Shown here: piece by piece, positions 1-12,949 of the stretch
Position numbering within the stretch: position 1 is the stretch's first letter
How the letters are laid out: every line of letters starts with the position of its first letter
Assembly (NCBI GenBank): GCA_963716725.1
Contig: CAVQUB010000008.1
Coordinates: 128,001 to 192,000, forward strand
DNA length: 64,000 bases
Reading direction: 5' to 3'
Source: an uncultured delta proteobacterium
GTDB lineage: Bacteria > Myxococcota_A > Polyangia > Polyangiales > Polyangiaceae
The notes under the pieces: generated by a model
The model's database searches: none
Told to the model about the DNA's origin: nothing
What the model saw: the letters and a program-made list of their open reading frames with translations, nothing else
Position numbers and translations under genes: made by a program

Positions 1-525
1 GGCGAGCTGGAGTCCCAAGCGAAAGCGGAAGGTCCACCAGTGCTTCAGTCGCACCAACTTGTCGAAATCCGTCGCCGAGATCCCGGCCGGACGCTCCTCG
101 ATGCCGCTGGTCGCGATGGCTTCTACCACTCGGTGTCGCACCGGCTGGTACAGCGCATAAGCCGCGGTCAGCACCGCGACGTTCGCGGCAATGACCTGGA
201 CGGCGAACCATGGCGACGCACGCCGCGCGAACAAGGCCTTGCCGCTCACTGCGACCAGAAGCACGCCCAAAATGACCTGCGCGATCCCGACTGGGAGAGC
301 GATCTTCGCGATGGAGAGCACGCCGTCCACGTAGGCGCGGGAGAGCAGCCCCTGCAGCGCGTCTCCACGCAGCGAGCTGAACGCCGACGAGAAGGGGTTT
401 CGTACGATCTCGATGGAGGCGAAGCCTTCGGCCGCGGCCGTCATGCCCGATAGCCACAGCGTGACCAGGGCAATGACCAGGTAGACCGGCCGTTTCGGCG
501 CGCTGTCGTCGTTCGGGTCCGCCAC
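1..525 (-). CDS. Hypothetical membrane protein, runs off the window start
   Basis: Manual minus-strand translation from GTG at 525: VADPNDDSAPKRPVYLVIALVTLWLSG...LPVGIAQVILGVLLVAV; hydrophobic segments. Confidence 0.55.
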   Translation of the reverse strand, partial: MADPNDDSAPKRPVYLVIALVTLWLSGMTAAAEGFASIEIVRNPFSSAFSSLRGDALQGLLSRAYVDGVLSIAKIALPVGIAQVILGVLLVAVSGKALFARRASPWFAVQVIAANVAVLTAAYALYQPVRHRVVEAIATSGIEERPAGISATDFDKLVRLKHWWTFRFRLGLQLA

Positions 526-581
526 GTCGTGCTCGCAGAAATTCCGGTAGCACGCCTCGGCCGGTGCGGCGAGGCGCCGAG

Positions 582-1422
582 TCAGAGCATGCCGGAGCGG
601 CGGGCGGCCTCCTCGATGCCGCCGCCCGTCGATGAATCCGCGTCGAGGGTGTCGGTCGCCGCGGCCTTCACCTCGTCGGGCGCCTGCCCCATCGCGAAGC
701 TGCGCCCGGCGCTCTCGAGCATCGAGATGTCGTTGACCCAGTCCCCGACTGCCACCGTCTCTTCGACGAGACGCCGTAGTGCTCAGCGATGCGACCCAGC
801 GCGGTGGCCTTGCTCACGCCCGCGGCTCGCACGACCATGCCCCAGTCGGCGTCGAGCTCACGGCGCGCGATCGAGAAGAACCCGATCTGCATGTGGTCCC
901 CCACCCGCTCGAAGATGCGGGAGCGGCCCCGCGGATCTGCTCCTCGTCCCCCAAGGAAACCAGTGCGGCCACCGAGCTCTCGTCGCTGAAACTGCGCGGA
1001 TCGAGCACGCGCGGGAGGCGCACGGCCGGCTTGCGACCAGAGACCGACGAACGGCAGGAAGTCGTCGCCGCGCTCGTCGTGAAGGATCGAGTCCTGGGCG
1101 AACAGGAAGGTGATCGGATCGAACTCCTCGATCGCCTCGAGTAGCGGCTCTGCCGCGTGGGCCGCGATGGGATGCGTCGCCAACGAGCTGTCGTCGCTAC
1201 TGTCCACGACTTGGCTGCCATCGAGGCAACCGACGGCCCCAGCGACGCCCACACTTCGGGCGATCTCCCGGTTCCTGAGTACATGCGGCCGGTACAGATC
1301 GACACGTGCAAGCCACGGCGCCGAAGCTCGGCGAGGGCTCGCAGGTCCGACTCGTGCACCTGGCCGCTCGAGTCGAGCAGCGTGCCGTCGAGATCAGTGA
1401 CGAGCAGCTTGAAGCGGGTCAG
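582..1422 (-). pseudogene. Cof-type HAD hydrolase, several frameshifts (probably sequencing indels)
   Basis: Motifs LVTDLDGTLL, ICTGR, GVSKATAL and VAVGDWVNDISML...FAMG are spread over different frames; start approximate. Confidence 0.8.
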
Positions 1423-1682
1423 CTGGCCGTCACCGGATAGACGGAGACCTTCTTCTTGGTCTTGGTCGCGTACTCGTACGCAACCACTCCGTCGACCAGT
1501 GAGTACAGCGTGTAGTCGCGACCCACGCCGACGTTCTTGCCGGGAGCGATGGTCTGGCCGACCTGTCGCACCAGGATGCCGCCCGCGCGGATTGCCTCGC
1601 CGCCGTAGACTTTCACGCCGCGATGCTGGGCGTTGGAGCCGCGACCGTTACGAGTGGAACCGCCACCTTTTTTGTGTGCCAT
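1419..1682 (-). CDS. rpmA: 50S ribosomal protein L27
   Basis: [14 protein letters not shown]...GVK..GG...ILVRQ; follows rplU. Confidence 0.98.
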   Translation of the reverse strand: MAHKKGGGSTRNGRGSNAQHRGVKVYGGEAIRAGGILVRQVGQTIAPGKNVGVGRDYTLYSLVDGVVAYEYATKTKKKVSVYPVTAS

Positions 1683-1691
1683 CGTTCAGCC

Positions 1692-2003
1692 TCAGCCTTG
1701 AATGCCAGTGATCTTCACCGCCGTGAGCTCCTGACGGTGGCCCATCTTGCGGCGGTACTTCTTGCGGCGCTTGAACTTGAAGATCGTGATCTTCTCGCCA
1801 CGGCCTTGCTCGACGATCTCGCCACTGACTTTGACGTCGGGGAGATAGGGCTTGCCCACCTTGAGGGTGTCGCCCGTGAGCATGAGCACCTCGGTGAATT
1901 CCACCTTGGTGCCGGGATCGCCCGCGAGCAGTTCCACCACGACGGTGTCGCCCTGAGCCACACGATACTGTTTTCCGCCGGTGCGGATGACTGCGGTTGC
2001 CAT
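1692..2003 (-). CDS. rplU: 50S ribosomal protein L21
   Basis: AVIRTGGKQYRV...FKFKRRKKYRRKMGHRQ; start set to ATG at 2003. Confidence 0.98.
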   Translation of the reverse strand: MATAVIRTGGKQYRVAQGDTVVVELLAGDPGTKVEFTEVLMLTGDTLKVGKPYLPDVKVSGEIVEQGRGEKITIFKFKRRKKYRRKMGHRQELTAVKITGIQG

Positions 2004-2175
2004 CGGAAGGGCGCGGAACCTAGCCCGCAGCCCCAGTCTGCGCAAGACATGAGCGGATTATCAGGGGCCGGCCAGCAGGCCGAGTTCTGCTTGCACCGTT
2101 TGCGTAGTGGAACTATACAACGCCTAGCGGAAGCCGGTACGCCCCCCATGGGCTCGGCACCCAGGAGGAATCGCG

Positions 2176-3393
2176 ATGATTTCGTTCGAGCCCACCGAGG
2201 ATCAGAAGCTCATCACCGGCACGGTCTCCGATTTCGCGAGGACCGCTCTCATGCCGAGGGCCCGCGAGTTCGAAAAAGCGCAAGCCGTTGGGGACGAGGC
2301 GCGCCGCGCCGTGCACGAGCTGGGGCTCAGTCTCGCCGCCGTTCCCGAGGCGCTGGGCGGCCAGGGTCTCGGGCTGCTCACGGCCGTCATGATCAACGAA
2401 GAGCTCGCCTACGGGGATCCCGCCGCTCCCTTCGGTCTGCCGGGCTTCGGCTCTTATCTGATCGCGGTCCAAGAGCTCGGCTCCGACGACCAGGCCAAAG
2501 CGCTGCTCGCGCCCTTCGCAGATCCGGCCGCCCATGACCTGTTCGGAGCAGTGGCGTGGAGCGAGCGCAAGCCGAACCGCGAACGCGCCGGCTTCCTCAC
2601 CACAGCCAAGCAGGTCAGCGGGGGTTGGGAGCTCACGGGCGCCAAGGCCTTCGTCGGCAACGCGGATCTCGCGGAGTCGATGATCGTGTTCGCGCAGGTC
2701 GATGCGAGCGCTGGCTGGGCCGGCCTCGGCGCGTTCGTGGTCAAGAAGGCCAACCCCGGACTGCGAATTTCCGGTCGGCACAAGACCCTCGGCCTCGAGT
2801 GCGGGCACTTCGGAGAGATCGCGCTCGAGTGCCGCCAAGGTCCCCGACGCCGATCGCTTGCAGGGGCGTGGCGACTTCATCGCAGCGACCATGCGCTTCT
2901 TCGCGAAGTACGCGCTGACCGTCGCCGCCCGGCAGGTGGGCCTGTCGCGCGTCGCCTTCGACGTGACGCGCGAGTACTGCGACATCCGCAAGGCCTTCGG
3001 CAAACCGATCGGCCACTTCCAGGCCGTCGCCTTCACGCTCGCCGATCGTCACATGGACGTCGAGAGCGCCGCGGGAGCTCGTGCGACGCGCCGCGTGGGC
3101 CTGGGACAGCGGGAAAGCGCGACGCCCAGTGCTTGCTCGCCACGGCGCAGGCCGTGGCCCACGCGCATGAGGTCGCGATGCGCTGCGCGGACGACGCCGT
3201 GCAGCTGCACGGCGGCGCCGGCTTCATGCGCGACGTGATCGTCGAGAAGCTGATGCGCGACGCGAAGCAGATGGCCTTTGCGGGCGCAACGGCCGAGCAG
3301 ATGGATCAGCTCGCCGCGGCCGTTGAGCTGGGCGATCCCCCTCGATCCCGCCTGGTCCTGCCCACGCCCGAGACCCAGGCCGTCCTCACCTGA
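2176..3393 (+). CDS. Acyl-CoA dehydrogenase (internal compensating frameshifts at about 2830 and 3075)
   Basis: EELAYGD, LTGAKAFV, RKAFGKPIGHFQAVAF (other frame), AVQLHGGAGFMRD..VEKLMRDAK; AGGAGG RBS. Confidence 0.88.
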   Translation: MISFEPTEDQKLITGTVSDFARTALMPRAREFEKAQAVGDEARRAVHELGLSLAAVPEALGGQGLGLLTAVMINEELAYGDPAAPFGLPGFGSYLIAVQELGSDDQAKALLAPFADPAAHDLFGAVAWSERKPNRERAGFLTTAKQVSGGWELTGAKAFVGNADLAESMIVFAQVDASAGWAGLGAFVVKKANPGLRISGRHKTLGLECGHFGEIALECRQGPRRRSLAGAWRLHRSDHALLREVRADRRRPAGGPVARRLRRDARVLRHPQGLRQTDRPLPGRRLHARRSSHGRRERRGSSCDAPRGPGTAGKRDAQCLLATAQAVAHAHEVAMRCADDAVQLHGGAGFMRDVIVEKLMRDAKQMAFAGATAEQMDQLAAAVELGDPPRSRLVLPTPETQAVLT

Positions 3394-3415
3394 GAGCACG
3401 GAAGGAGAACCCCAG

Positions 3416-4642
3416 ATGATCGAATTCGAGCTCAACACCCAGCAGCGCATGCTCAAAGAAGCGCTCCACGGACATGGGCAAGAACGTGATCCGCCCCCAG
3501 AGCTTGGGGTGGGATCGCGACAAGACCATCGACCGTGGCTTCTTGCGCAACTTCTACCTGATGAGCCAGTCGCTCCGGGGCGACAGCAACCCCGCTCGAA
3601 GACTTCAACGAGGGCCCGAAGAACCGCGATCCGAACAAGCCCGTGCAGACCAATCGCACCGCCGCCATCGGCGCCGAGGAGCTGGCCTGGGCGGATGCGA
3701 GCATCATGCTCAGCTTGCCGGGCCCGGGCCTCGGCGGTCCGCCGGTGCGCGCGACCGGCACGCCCGAGCAGAAGGAGCGCTTCTTCGCGATCTTCCGCGA
3801 CATGGGCGACGACCTGCGCTGGGGCGCCTACGGCTGACCGAGCCCGGCGCCGGCAGCGACGTCGCGGCGCATCCGCACCAGCTGCCGCAAGGACGGCGAC
3901 GACTACGTCCTGAACGGGCGCAAGTGCTACATCACGAACGGCGCGCGCGCGCGTCTGGGACGTGATCTTCGCGACGGTCGATCCCGCGCTGGGACGCGCC
4001 GGCCATCGCGCCTTCGTGGTCGAGAAGGGCACGCCCGGGTTCTTCGTCGGCAAGATCGAGGAGAAGATGGGCCTGCGCGCCAACGAGACCGCGGAGCTGG
4101 TGCTCGAGGACTGCCGCGTGCCCGCCGAGAACCTGCTGGGCGGCGAGGAGAAGTACCAGACCAAGGAGGGCTTCATGACCGCCATGAAGACCTTCGACAA
4201 CACGCGCCCGCTCGTCGCCGCCATGGCCTGCGGCATCGGTCGCGCCGCCTACGAATACGCGCCGCGACTTCGTCAAGGACAACTACGTGCTGTCGGCGTC
4301 CCGTCCCGCGCTACGCGGCCATCGCCGAGCGGCTCGCGCGGGTCGGCCGTCAGCTCGAGGCGGCGCGCTTGCTCACCTGGAAGGCCGTCTGGATGGCCGA
4401 TCACCAGCATCCCCAACGCCAAGGAGGCGAGCATGACGCAAGGCGCTCGCCGGCCAGGCGGCCATCGGGCCTGCATCGACGCCATCGAAATCTGCGGCGC
4501 CCACGGCACCCTGACCGAGGACCACGCGCTGCTCGAGAAGTGGTTCCGCGACATCAAGGTCTACGACATCTTCGAGGGCACCGGGCAGATCCAGCGCATC
4601 GTGATCAGCAAGCGCTTGCTCACCGACTTGAAGGCGTTCTGA
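3416..4642 (+). pseudogene. Second acyl-CoA dehydrogenase, multiple frameshifts (probably sequencing indels)
   Basis: Fragments EELAWAD, LTEPGAGSD, KMGLRANETAELVLEDCRVP, LEKWFRDIKVYDIFEGTGQIQR in different frames. Confidence 0.85.
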
Positions 4643-4660
4643 TCTATTCTGCTCACCCCC

Positions 4661-5146
4661 GTGCGCACCCTCGCGGACATCCACTGGCCCAGCTGGCGAG
4701 CCAAGGATCTGGCAACGCTCTTGTTCGTCGTGCGCGATGATCAGGTGCTCCTGATCCGCAAGAAGCGCGGCCTCGGGGCCGGAAAGATCAACGGCCCCGG
4801 CGGGCGCCTGCAGGCCGGCGAGACCCCGCTCCAAGCTGCGGTGCGCGAGGTGATCGAGGAGGTCTGCGTGACGCCCCACGACATCCGCTCCTGCGGCGAG
4901 CTCAAGTTTCAGTTCGTGGACGGCTATTCCATCCACGTGCACGTTTTCAGCGCCGGGGGCTGCACCGGTGAGGTCCGCGAGACCGACGAGGCGATCCCGA
5001 TTTGGACCCCACTCGGGCAGATCCCTTACGACGAGATGTGGGCCGACGATCGCATCTGGCTGCCGCACATGTTCGCGGGGCGGCGCTTCGACGGGCGCTT
5101 CGTCTTCGACGGCGATGCGATGCTCGACCACGCCCTCGACGTGTGA
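4661..5146 (+). CDS. NUDIX hydrolase, 8-oxo-dGTPase (MTH1-like)
   Basis: [34 protein letters not shown]udix box; [15 protein letters not shown]. Confidence 0.9.
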   Translation: MRTLADIHWPSWRAKDLATLLFVVRDDQVLLIRKKRGLGAGKINGPGGRLQAGETPLQAAVREVIEEVCVTPHDIRSCGELKFQFVDGYSIHVHVFSAGGCTGEVRETDEAIPIWTPLGQIPYDEMWADDRIWLPHMFAGRRFDGRFVFDGDAMLDHALDV

Positions 5147-5326
5147 CTCATGGCGAGGGCCTTGCCCGCAGCCCCAACGGGTGAAGGGGCAAGCAACGGG
5201 TGGGCTCCAGCAACGATGGAAATGCTCGCGCCCACATCATCGCACCCAATTTGCGCTGCCACGCACCACGCGCCCACATCGAACCGATTTCGTGGCAAAC
5301 TCGGGACGTCGAATAGGGAGGGTGGC

Positions 5327-8272
<2,946 letters not shown>

Positions 8273-8276
<4 letters not shown>

Positions 8277-9235
8277 GACTGTTCGCGTTGCTGCCACTCG
8301 CGCTGATCGCGGCCTGCGGCGGGCAGACCGCGGAGGACGGCCCGCGGTCCCCGTGGCCCGAGAGCGGCTGCCCGCCCAGCCACGAGCTGCGCGGCGGCCG
8401 CTGCACGATGCGCGAGATCCACGTGCCGGGTGGAGGCTTCCTGATGGGAAGAGGCTTCTGTCCGAAGTCGGGATCCAGAATGCCTCCACCAGACCTCGAG
8501 TGCCTGCTCGCTGACGAGCCGCACTGGGTCGAGGTCGCTCCATTCTGGGTGGATGCAACGCTGTACACGTGGACTGACTACACGCACAGCTACAAGGAAG
8601 GTGGGTTGGGCTTGCCCCACGACGACGACGCGCGCTGCCCGAGTCGCGAGATCCAATGCGCCGCGCCGCTGGCGTACGCCCCTGTGGGCGGCAGCGGTTG
8701 GGGGCTGCCCGGGAACCCCCCCGGCAATCTGTCGAGCAACGATTCGGCCTGCGACCCGCACGGAAAGCGGGCGATCCGCGAGGCCGAGTGGGAGTGGCTG
8801 GCCACTTGGGGCGGCACCCGGACGTATCCCTGGGGGGAGGCGGAGCCGACCTGCGAGCGCGGGCAGATTTCATCGGACTGCGAGCTGGTCAACCCGATCG
8901 AGTGGGACATGGGCCAGGACGTTCCCATCTCGAAGGTGGCCTCCCACCTGCCCACCCCAGAGGGCGTGTACGATCTCACGGGCGGTGGCGGAGAGTCGGT
9001 GATGCCTTCGCCCGACTCGGTCTACACGGACGGATATCCGAACCCGGTTCAGAAGCCGTCTGAATGCCCATCAGGACAGGACTACTGCGGCATGGGTTGG
9101 GTGACGGGGCATCGTGGAGGTTCGGTCGATCTGCCTCCGCGCCGCTTCGAAGGCGCATTCCGTGGTACGAGTCGGGACGGGAGTCCCGGCGCGCCACCCG
9201 AAGGCATCCGCTGCGTTCGACCCGCGCTCCAATGA
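8273..9235 (+). CDS. FGE-sulfatase (SUMF1) domain lipoprotein
   Basis: Lipobox LIAAC; VPGGGFLMG, DEPHWVEVAPFWVD, EAEWEW..GG.RTYPWG, TPEGVYDLTG, GIRCVR; GTGA overlap with upstream gene. Confidence 0.85.
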
Positions 9236-9403
9236 GAAACCCGACCTGGTGGTTTGGCTGGACGCGCTTGAGCGCCGTGGCGGTGCCCATCCCGCCGCCG
9301 ATGCATGACGGGTGCCCCCCCCCGTGATGCCAGAATCGAACAGCTCAGCTTCTCAACCCTTGCCTCTTCTGAGCACCGCACGCCGAATTTCGCGAGTCGT
9401 AGC

Positions 9404-9937
9404 TCAGAGCACCACCTCCTCGCAGCGGAAGAACTCGAAGCTGGTGCAGACGCAGCCCGGCTCGCCTCCCACGCATTTGCAGTCGGTGCCGCAGCTGCAG
9501 TCCACGCCCGCGTAGTTCGGCGCGCAGTCACCGCGATCGACGCACGCGGCCTCGTCCCCGAGCTCGCCGCAGGTCTCGGCCGCGGCCGGCATGCAGGTTT
9601 TCGACGCCGCGTCGCAGTTGAAGCCCGAGATGCAGTCGGCCTCCTTCGCGCAGCTCGAGGCCTGCGTGCACTGGCCCGAGCCCAAGAGGCAGTACTTGCC
9701 GGCGCCGCAGTCCGCGTGGGCCTTGCAGGCGCCCACTCCGGTCGCTCCGCCCGCACCGCCGGTCGCGCCGCCCGTTCCGCCCGTGGCGGCGGTGGACTTC
9801 TTGCCACCGGTCCCGTGCCCGGGGGCGCAGTCGGAGTCTTCGTCGTCGAAGACCCCGTCACCGTTGTCGTTCGCCTCGATGTAACAACCCGAGAGCAGCA
9901 AAGTCCCCAAGAACCCCAACGCGATCAACCTCGACAT
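9404..9937 (-). CDS. Cys-rich lipoprotein
   Basis: MSRLIALGFLGTLLLSGC lipobox; Gly/Thr linker; CxxxxDCxxGxxC repeats; AGGAGG RBS. Confidence 0.8.
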   Translation of the reverse strand: MSRLIALGFLGTLLLSGCYIEANDNGDGVFDDEDSDCAPGHGTGGKKSTAATGGTGGATGGAGGATGVGACKAHADCGAGKYCLLGSGQCTQASSCAKEADCISGFNCDAASKTCMPAAAETCGELGDEAACVDRGDCAPNYAGVDCSCGTDCKCVGGEPGCVCTSFEFFRCEEVVL

Positions 9938-10072
9938 GACTTCCTCCTGTTCGAAGGAGGCATCAGCAACGGTCGTGCCGATCAATCGAGTCGTGGACTT
10001 AGCGCTGCGTTCGCCTCGCTTCGGTAGGCCGCGGGCCGCCGCGTGGCGGGGCGCCGCCGTCCATCACGCGAG

Positions 10073-10123
10073 CTTCCAGTTGTCGTCCATGACTGCGCGG
10101 CGACGGTCCGTGATGTCGGAGCG
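10073..10123. repeat. Degenerate direct copy (46/51 nt) of sulfatase segment 11009-11059
   Basis: Manual alignment, 5 mismatches; minus strand reads RSDITDRRRAVMDDNWK vs RCDIMDRRRAVIDDNWK. Confidence 0.9.
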
Positions 10124-10197
10124 AGCGCGCGCCTGGTCAGGGCCTGGCGCCGCGGGAGCGCCTTGCGCGCTGGCCGTCGCACGGGCACGCTTCTCCC

Positions 10198-10758
10198 GTG
10201 GCCGATCCCGCCCAGCGCCGCGCGACCTACGAGGACCTCCTCGCGGTCGATCCGAAGCTCGTCGCGGAGCTCCTCCACGGCGTCCTGCACACGAACCCGC
10301 GCCCAGCGCCGCGACACGCCGCTGCGGCGTCGGTGTTGGGCGAGGAGCTCGGTCCCCCGTTCCGCCGAGGGCGTGGCGGCCCCGGCGGATGGATCATCAT
10401 CGACGAGCCCGAGCTGCACCTCGGGCCCGACGTCGTCGTCCCCGACCTCGCCGGCTGGCGCCGCTCGACCATGGCCGAGCTGCCCGACACCGCGTACTTC
10501 GCCCTGCGTCCCGACTGGGCCTGCGAGGTGCTGTCGGCTTCCACCGAGGCGGTCGATCGAGCCGAGAAGGTGCCCCTCTTTGCGCGCGAGGGCGTCGCGC
10601 ACGTCTGGTTGGTCGATCCCATCCAGCGCACGCTCGAGGTGCTGCGCCTCGACGGGGAGTCGTATCGCGTGCTCGGCACCTGGCGCGACGCTGCGCGCCC
10701 CCGCGCCGAGCCCTTCGACGCCATCGAGCTCGAGCTCGGCCTGCTCTGGCAGGCGTGA
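10198..10758 (+). CDS. Uma2 family (DUF820) PD-(D/E)xK endonuclease
   Basis: ATYEDL, GGWII.DEPELHL, VVVPDLAGWRR, PDWACEVLS.ST, KVPLFAREGV.HVWLVDP. Confidence 0.92.
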   Translation: MADPAQRRATYEDLLAVDPKLVAELLHGVLHTNPRPAPRHAAAASVLGEELGPPFRRGRGGPGGWIIIDEPELHLGPDVVVPDLAGWRRSTMAELPDTAYFALRPDWACEVLSASTEAVDRAEKVPLFAREGVAHVWLVDPIQRTLEVLRLDGESYRVLGTWRDAARPRAEPFDAIELELGLLWQA

Positions 10759-10804
10759 GCCTCGTATCAGCGACGGCTGCCTCTCCCTCGCGAGCCGCCG
10801 TCCA

Positions 10805-12157
10805 TCACCAGCGCTGGCCCGCGGGCGCGCCTTTGAGCGGTGTCAGGCCCGGGATCGGGAGGTTCGGGATAGCCGCCGAGAGCCGATCGTAGAGCTCCTT
10901 CATGGCGGTGAAGCGCTCCGGATCCGTCTTGGAGAGATCGTTCTCTTCCTTCGGATCCTTGACGACGTCGAAGAGCAGCCACTCCACGCCGTCGCCCATC
11001 TCGATGATCTTCCAGTTGTCGTCGATGACGGCGCGGCGGCGGTCCATGATGTCGCAGCGTGTGAGCTCGGCCACGACCGGTCGAAGCTCGGGCTGCGCGC
11101 CGAGCACCTCTGGCAACAGGCTCTTGCCGCGGTACGGCGGATCGTGCGGCACGCCCATCAAATCCGCGAAGGTGGGCGCGAGATCGATGTGGCCGCGCGG
11201 CAGCTCGATGCGGCGCGGCTCCGCGCCGGGCACGTGAATGATCAGCGGCACGCGCACCAGGCTCTCCCACACGTCGTAGGCGTGGCGGAAGCGTCCGCGT
11301 TCACCGAAGCCCTCGCCGTGATCCGCCGAGATCACGATGGCGGTGTCCTTGCCCCAGGGCTGCTTCTGCACCCAGTCCACCAGATCGCCGACCCACTTGT
11401 CGGTGTAGTGGACCTCGTTGTCGTAGAGCGCGCGGATGTCGAGGCCCCAGTCGGGGTGGTCCTTGTGTTGGAAGTACGTGTAGTGCGGATCGAGGAAGTG
11501 GTAGTACGCGAAGAAGCGCTTGCCGTTCTCTTGGCTCACGTTCTTCGGTACCGACAGCATGCTCTTGGCGAGCTTGTTCAGTGCCTCGCTGGTGACGTTC
11601 TCGACGCCTTTGACGTCCAGCTCGGTGCCGGGCAACAGGCGGTAGTCGTCGAAGCCCTGGTTCAGGCCCATCACGGGCTTGAAATAGCCGTGGCCGTGCC
11701 CTGACAGCGTGCGGTGCCCACGCTTTTGGGCGCGCTCGCCGAAGAAGAGGTTGTCGGGTCCCCACAGCGTGAAGAAGAACCCGTCGCGCTGCATCTCGCT
11801 GGGGTACTTGCCCACCAGCGCGGGCGCGACGCTGTTCGCGGTGTAGCTCGAGATCGAGTAGCCGCGGGGGTAGAGCGTGCTCTTCTTGGCGAAGGCGTCG
11901 AGCCACGGCGCGATGGGTCGCTCGTAGCCGGTCCAGGGCATGTCCCAGCGCAGGCTGTCGATCAGGATGAACAGCACGTTGAAGGGCGGGCGCACCTTGG
12001 GCGCCGCAACCTCCGGCACGAGCTTTGGTCCCACGGCGGCGCTCGGCGGCGGCCCCGGCGGGGCGACCTCGAGCCCGGTCTCGTGGGGCGGCGTGCTCGC
12101 GCCTTTGGAGCAGCCGACGAGGGCAGCGAGCAGGGTCAAGCTGGCGAGGCGGCGCAC
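10805..12157 (-). CDS. Sulfatase/alkaline phosphatase superfamily lipoprotein
   Basis: Lipobox LVGC; NVLFILIDSLRWD, HFLDPH, YDNEV, ISADHGEGFGE, RVPLII, IDLAPT, DPKEENDL. Confidence 0.9.
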   Translation of the reverse strand: MRRLASLTLLAALVGCSKGASTPPHETGLEVAPPGPPPSAAVGPKLVPEVAAPKVRPPFNVLFILIDSLRWDMPWTGYERPIAPWLDAFAKKSTLYPRGYSISSYTANSVAPALVGKYPSEMQRDGFFFTLWGPDNLFFGERAQKRGHRTLSGHGHGYFKPVMGLNQGFDDYRLLPGTELDVKGVENVTSEALNKLAKSMLSVPKNVSQENGKRFFAYYHFLDPHYTYFQHKDHPDWGLDIRALYDNEVHYTDKWVGDLVDWVQKQPWGKDTAIVISADHGEGFGERGRFRHAYDVWESLVRVPLIIHVPGAEPRRIELPRGHIDLAPTFADLMGVPHDPPYRGKSLLPEVLGAQPELRPVVAELTRCDIMDRRRAVIDDNWKIIEMGDGVEWLLFDVVKDPKEENDLSKTDPERFTAMKELYDRLSAAIPNLPIPGLTPLKGAPAGQRW

Positions 12158-12207
12158 GGGAGGGGAATTGTGACCCGGCCCGCGCGCGGGGCGCCAGGTT
12201 TTGGGGG

Positions 12208-12921
12208 TCAGACGCGGCTCGCGAGTGTCGCGCGCTCGATCCCCGCCTTGGCTTCGCCTGCTTCTTTCAAGAAGTCGAAGGTGCGCTTGATGATCTCAGA
12301 TGCCCCCTGCTCCTCGTCGCGCAGGTCGTCCATCCGCCGCTTGGTCTCCGCGCCCCGGTGACTCGCCTCCGTGCTGGCGATCTCCGCGCGCTTGCCCGCG
12401 GCGTTGGCGCTAGCGGCCCAGAGTTCCGTGCCGCCTTCAGCGCCCGTACCCGCTCCCCTGAAGGCCATGGCCAGTCCGTTGGCGCGATCCGCGGACGTCT
12501 GAGCGATCTCCTGCGCTCGGTTCGCGGCTTCTTTCGCTGCCTTCTCGGTCGCGTCGTTCGCGGCCTTCCCGGCGGCGTCGGCTCGCGCGGACGCTCCGGC
12601 GCTTCCAATCGTCACGGCTCCCGCCGCGACCTGCAGCCCGCCCGAGGCGATCTTGCCGTAGGCAGCCCGTGTGGCTGCCTCGAGCACATGCTTGGCCTGC
12701 TCGCGCAGCTTCGCGACCTGCTGACCCTCGAAAGACCGCAGTCGGTCCTCTTCCGAGTGGCGCATTTCGCGCGCGTTCGCGCGTTTGTCGTGACCATGCT
12801 TCAGCATCATTGCCGCGACTTGCGCGTTCACGTCTCCGCCGAGTTCGGCGGCCAGAGCCGCCTCCGACTGCCAGATCATCATGCTGCTCGAACCCGAGTT
12901 GTTCACACCGTTGGTCGACAT
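12208..12921 (-). CDS. Putative T3SS minor translocator (SctB/YopD/SseD-like)
   Basis: Ala-rich coiled-coil protein with one central hydrophobic stretch (IASGGLQVAAGAVTIGSAG); directly downstream of the SctE-like gene; mainly a context call. Confidence 0.55.
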   Translation of the reverse strand: MSTNGVNNSGSSSMMIWQSEAALAAELGGDVNAQVAAMMLKHGHDKRANAREMRHSEEDRLRSFEGQQVAKLREQAKHVLEAATRAAYGKIASGGLQVAAGAVTIGSAGASARADAAGKAANDATEKAAKEAANRAQEIAQTSADRANGLAMAFRGAGTGAEGGTELWAASANAAGKRAEIASTEASHRGAETKRRMDDLRDEEQGASEIIKRTFDFLKEAGEAKAGIERATLASRV

Positions 12922-12949
12922 TTGGCTTGTTCCCTTCGAACTTGGTTGT

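Noticed and set aside
10073..11059. 51-nt imperfect repeat as a DGR template/variable pair (an FGE-fold gene is nearby)
   Set aside because: Mismatches are not adenine-specific, the repeat is not in the FGE gene, and no reverse transcriptase is present
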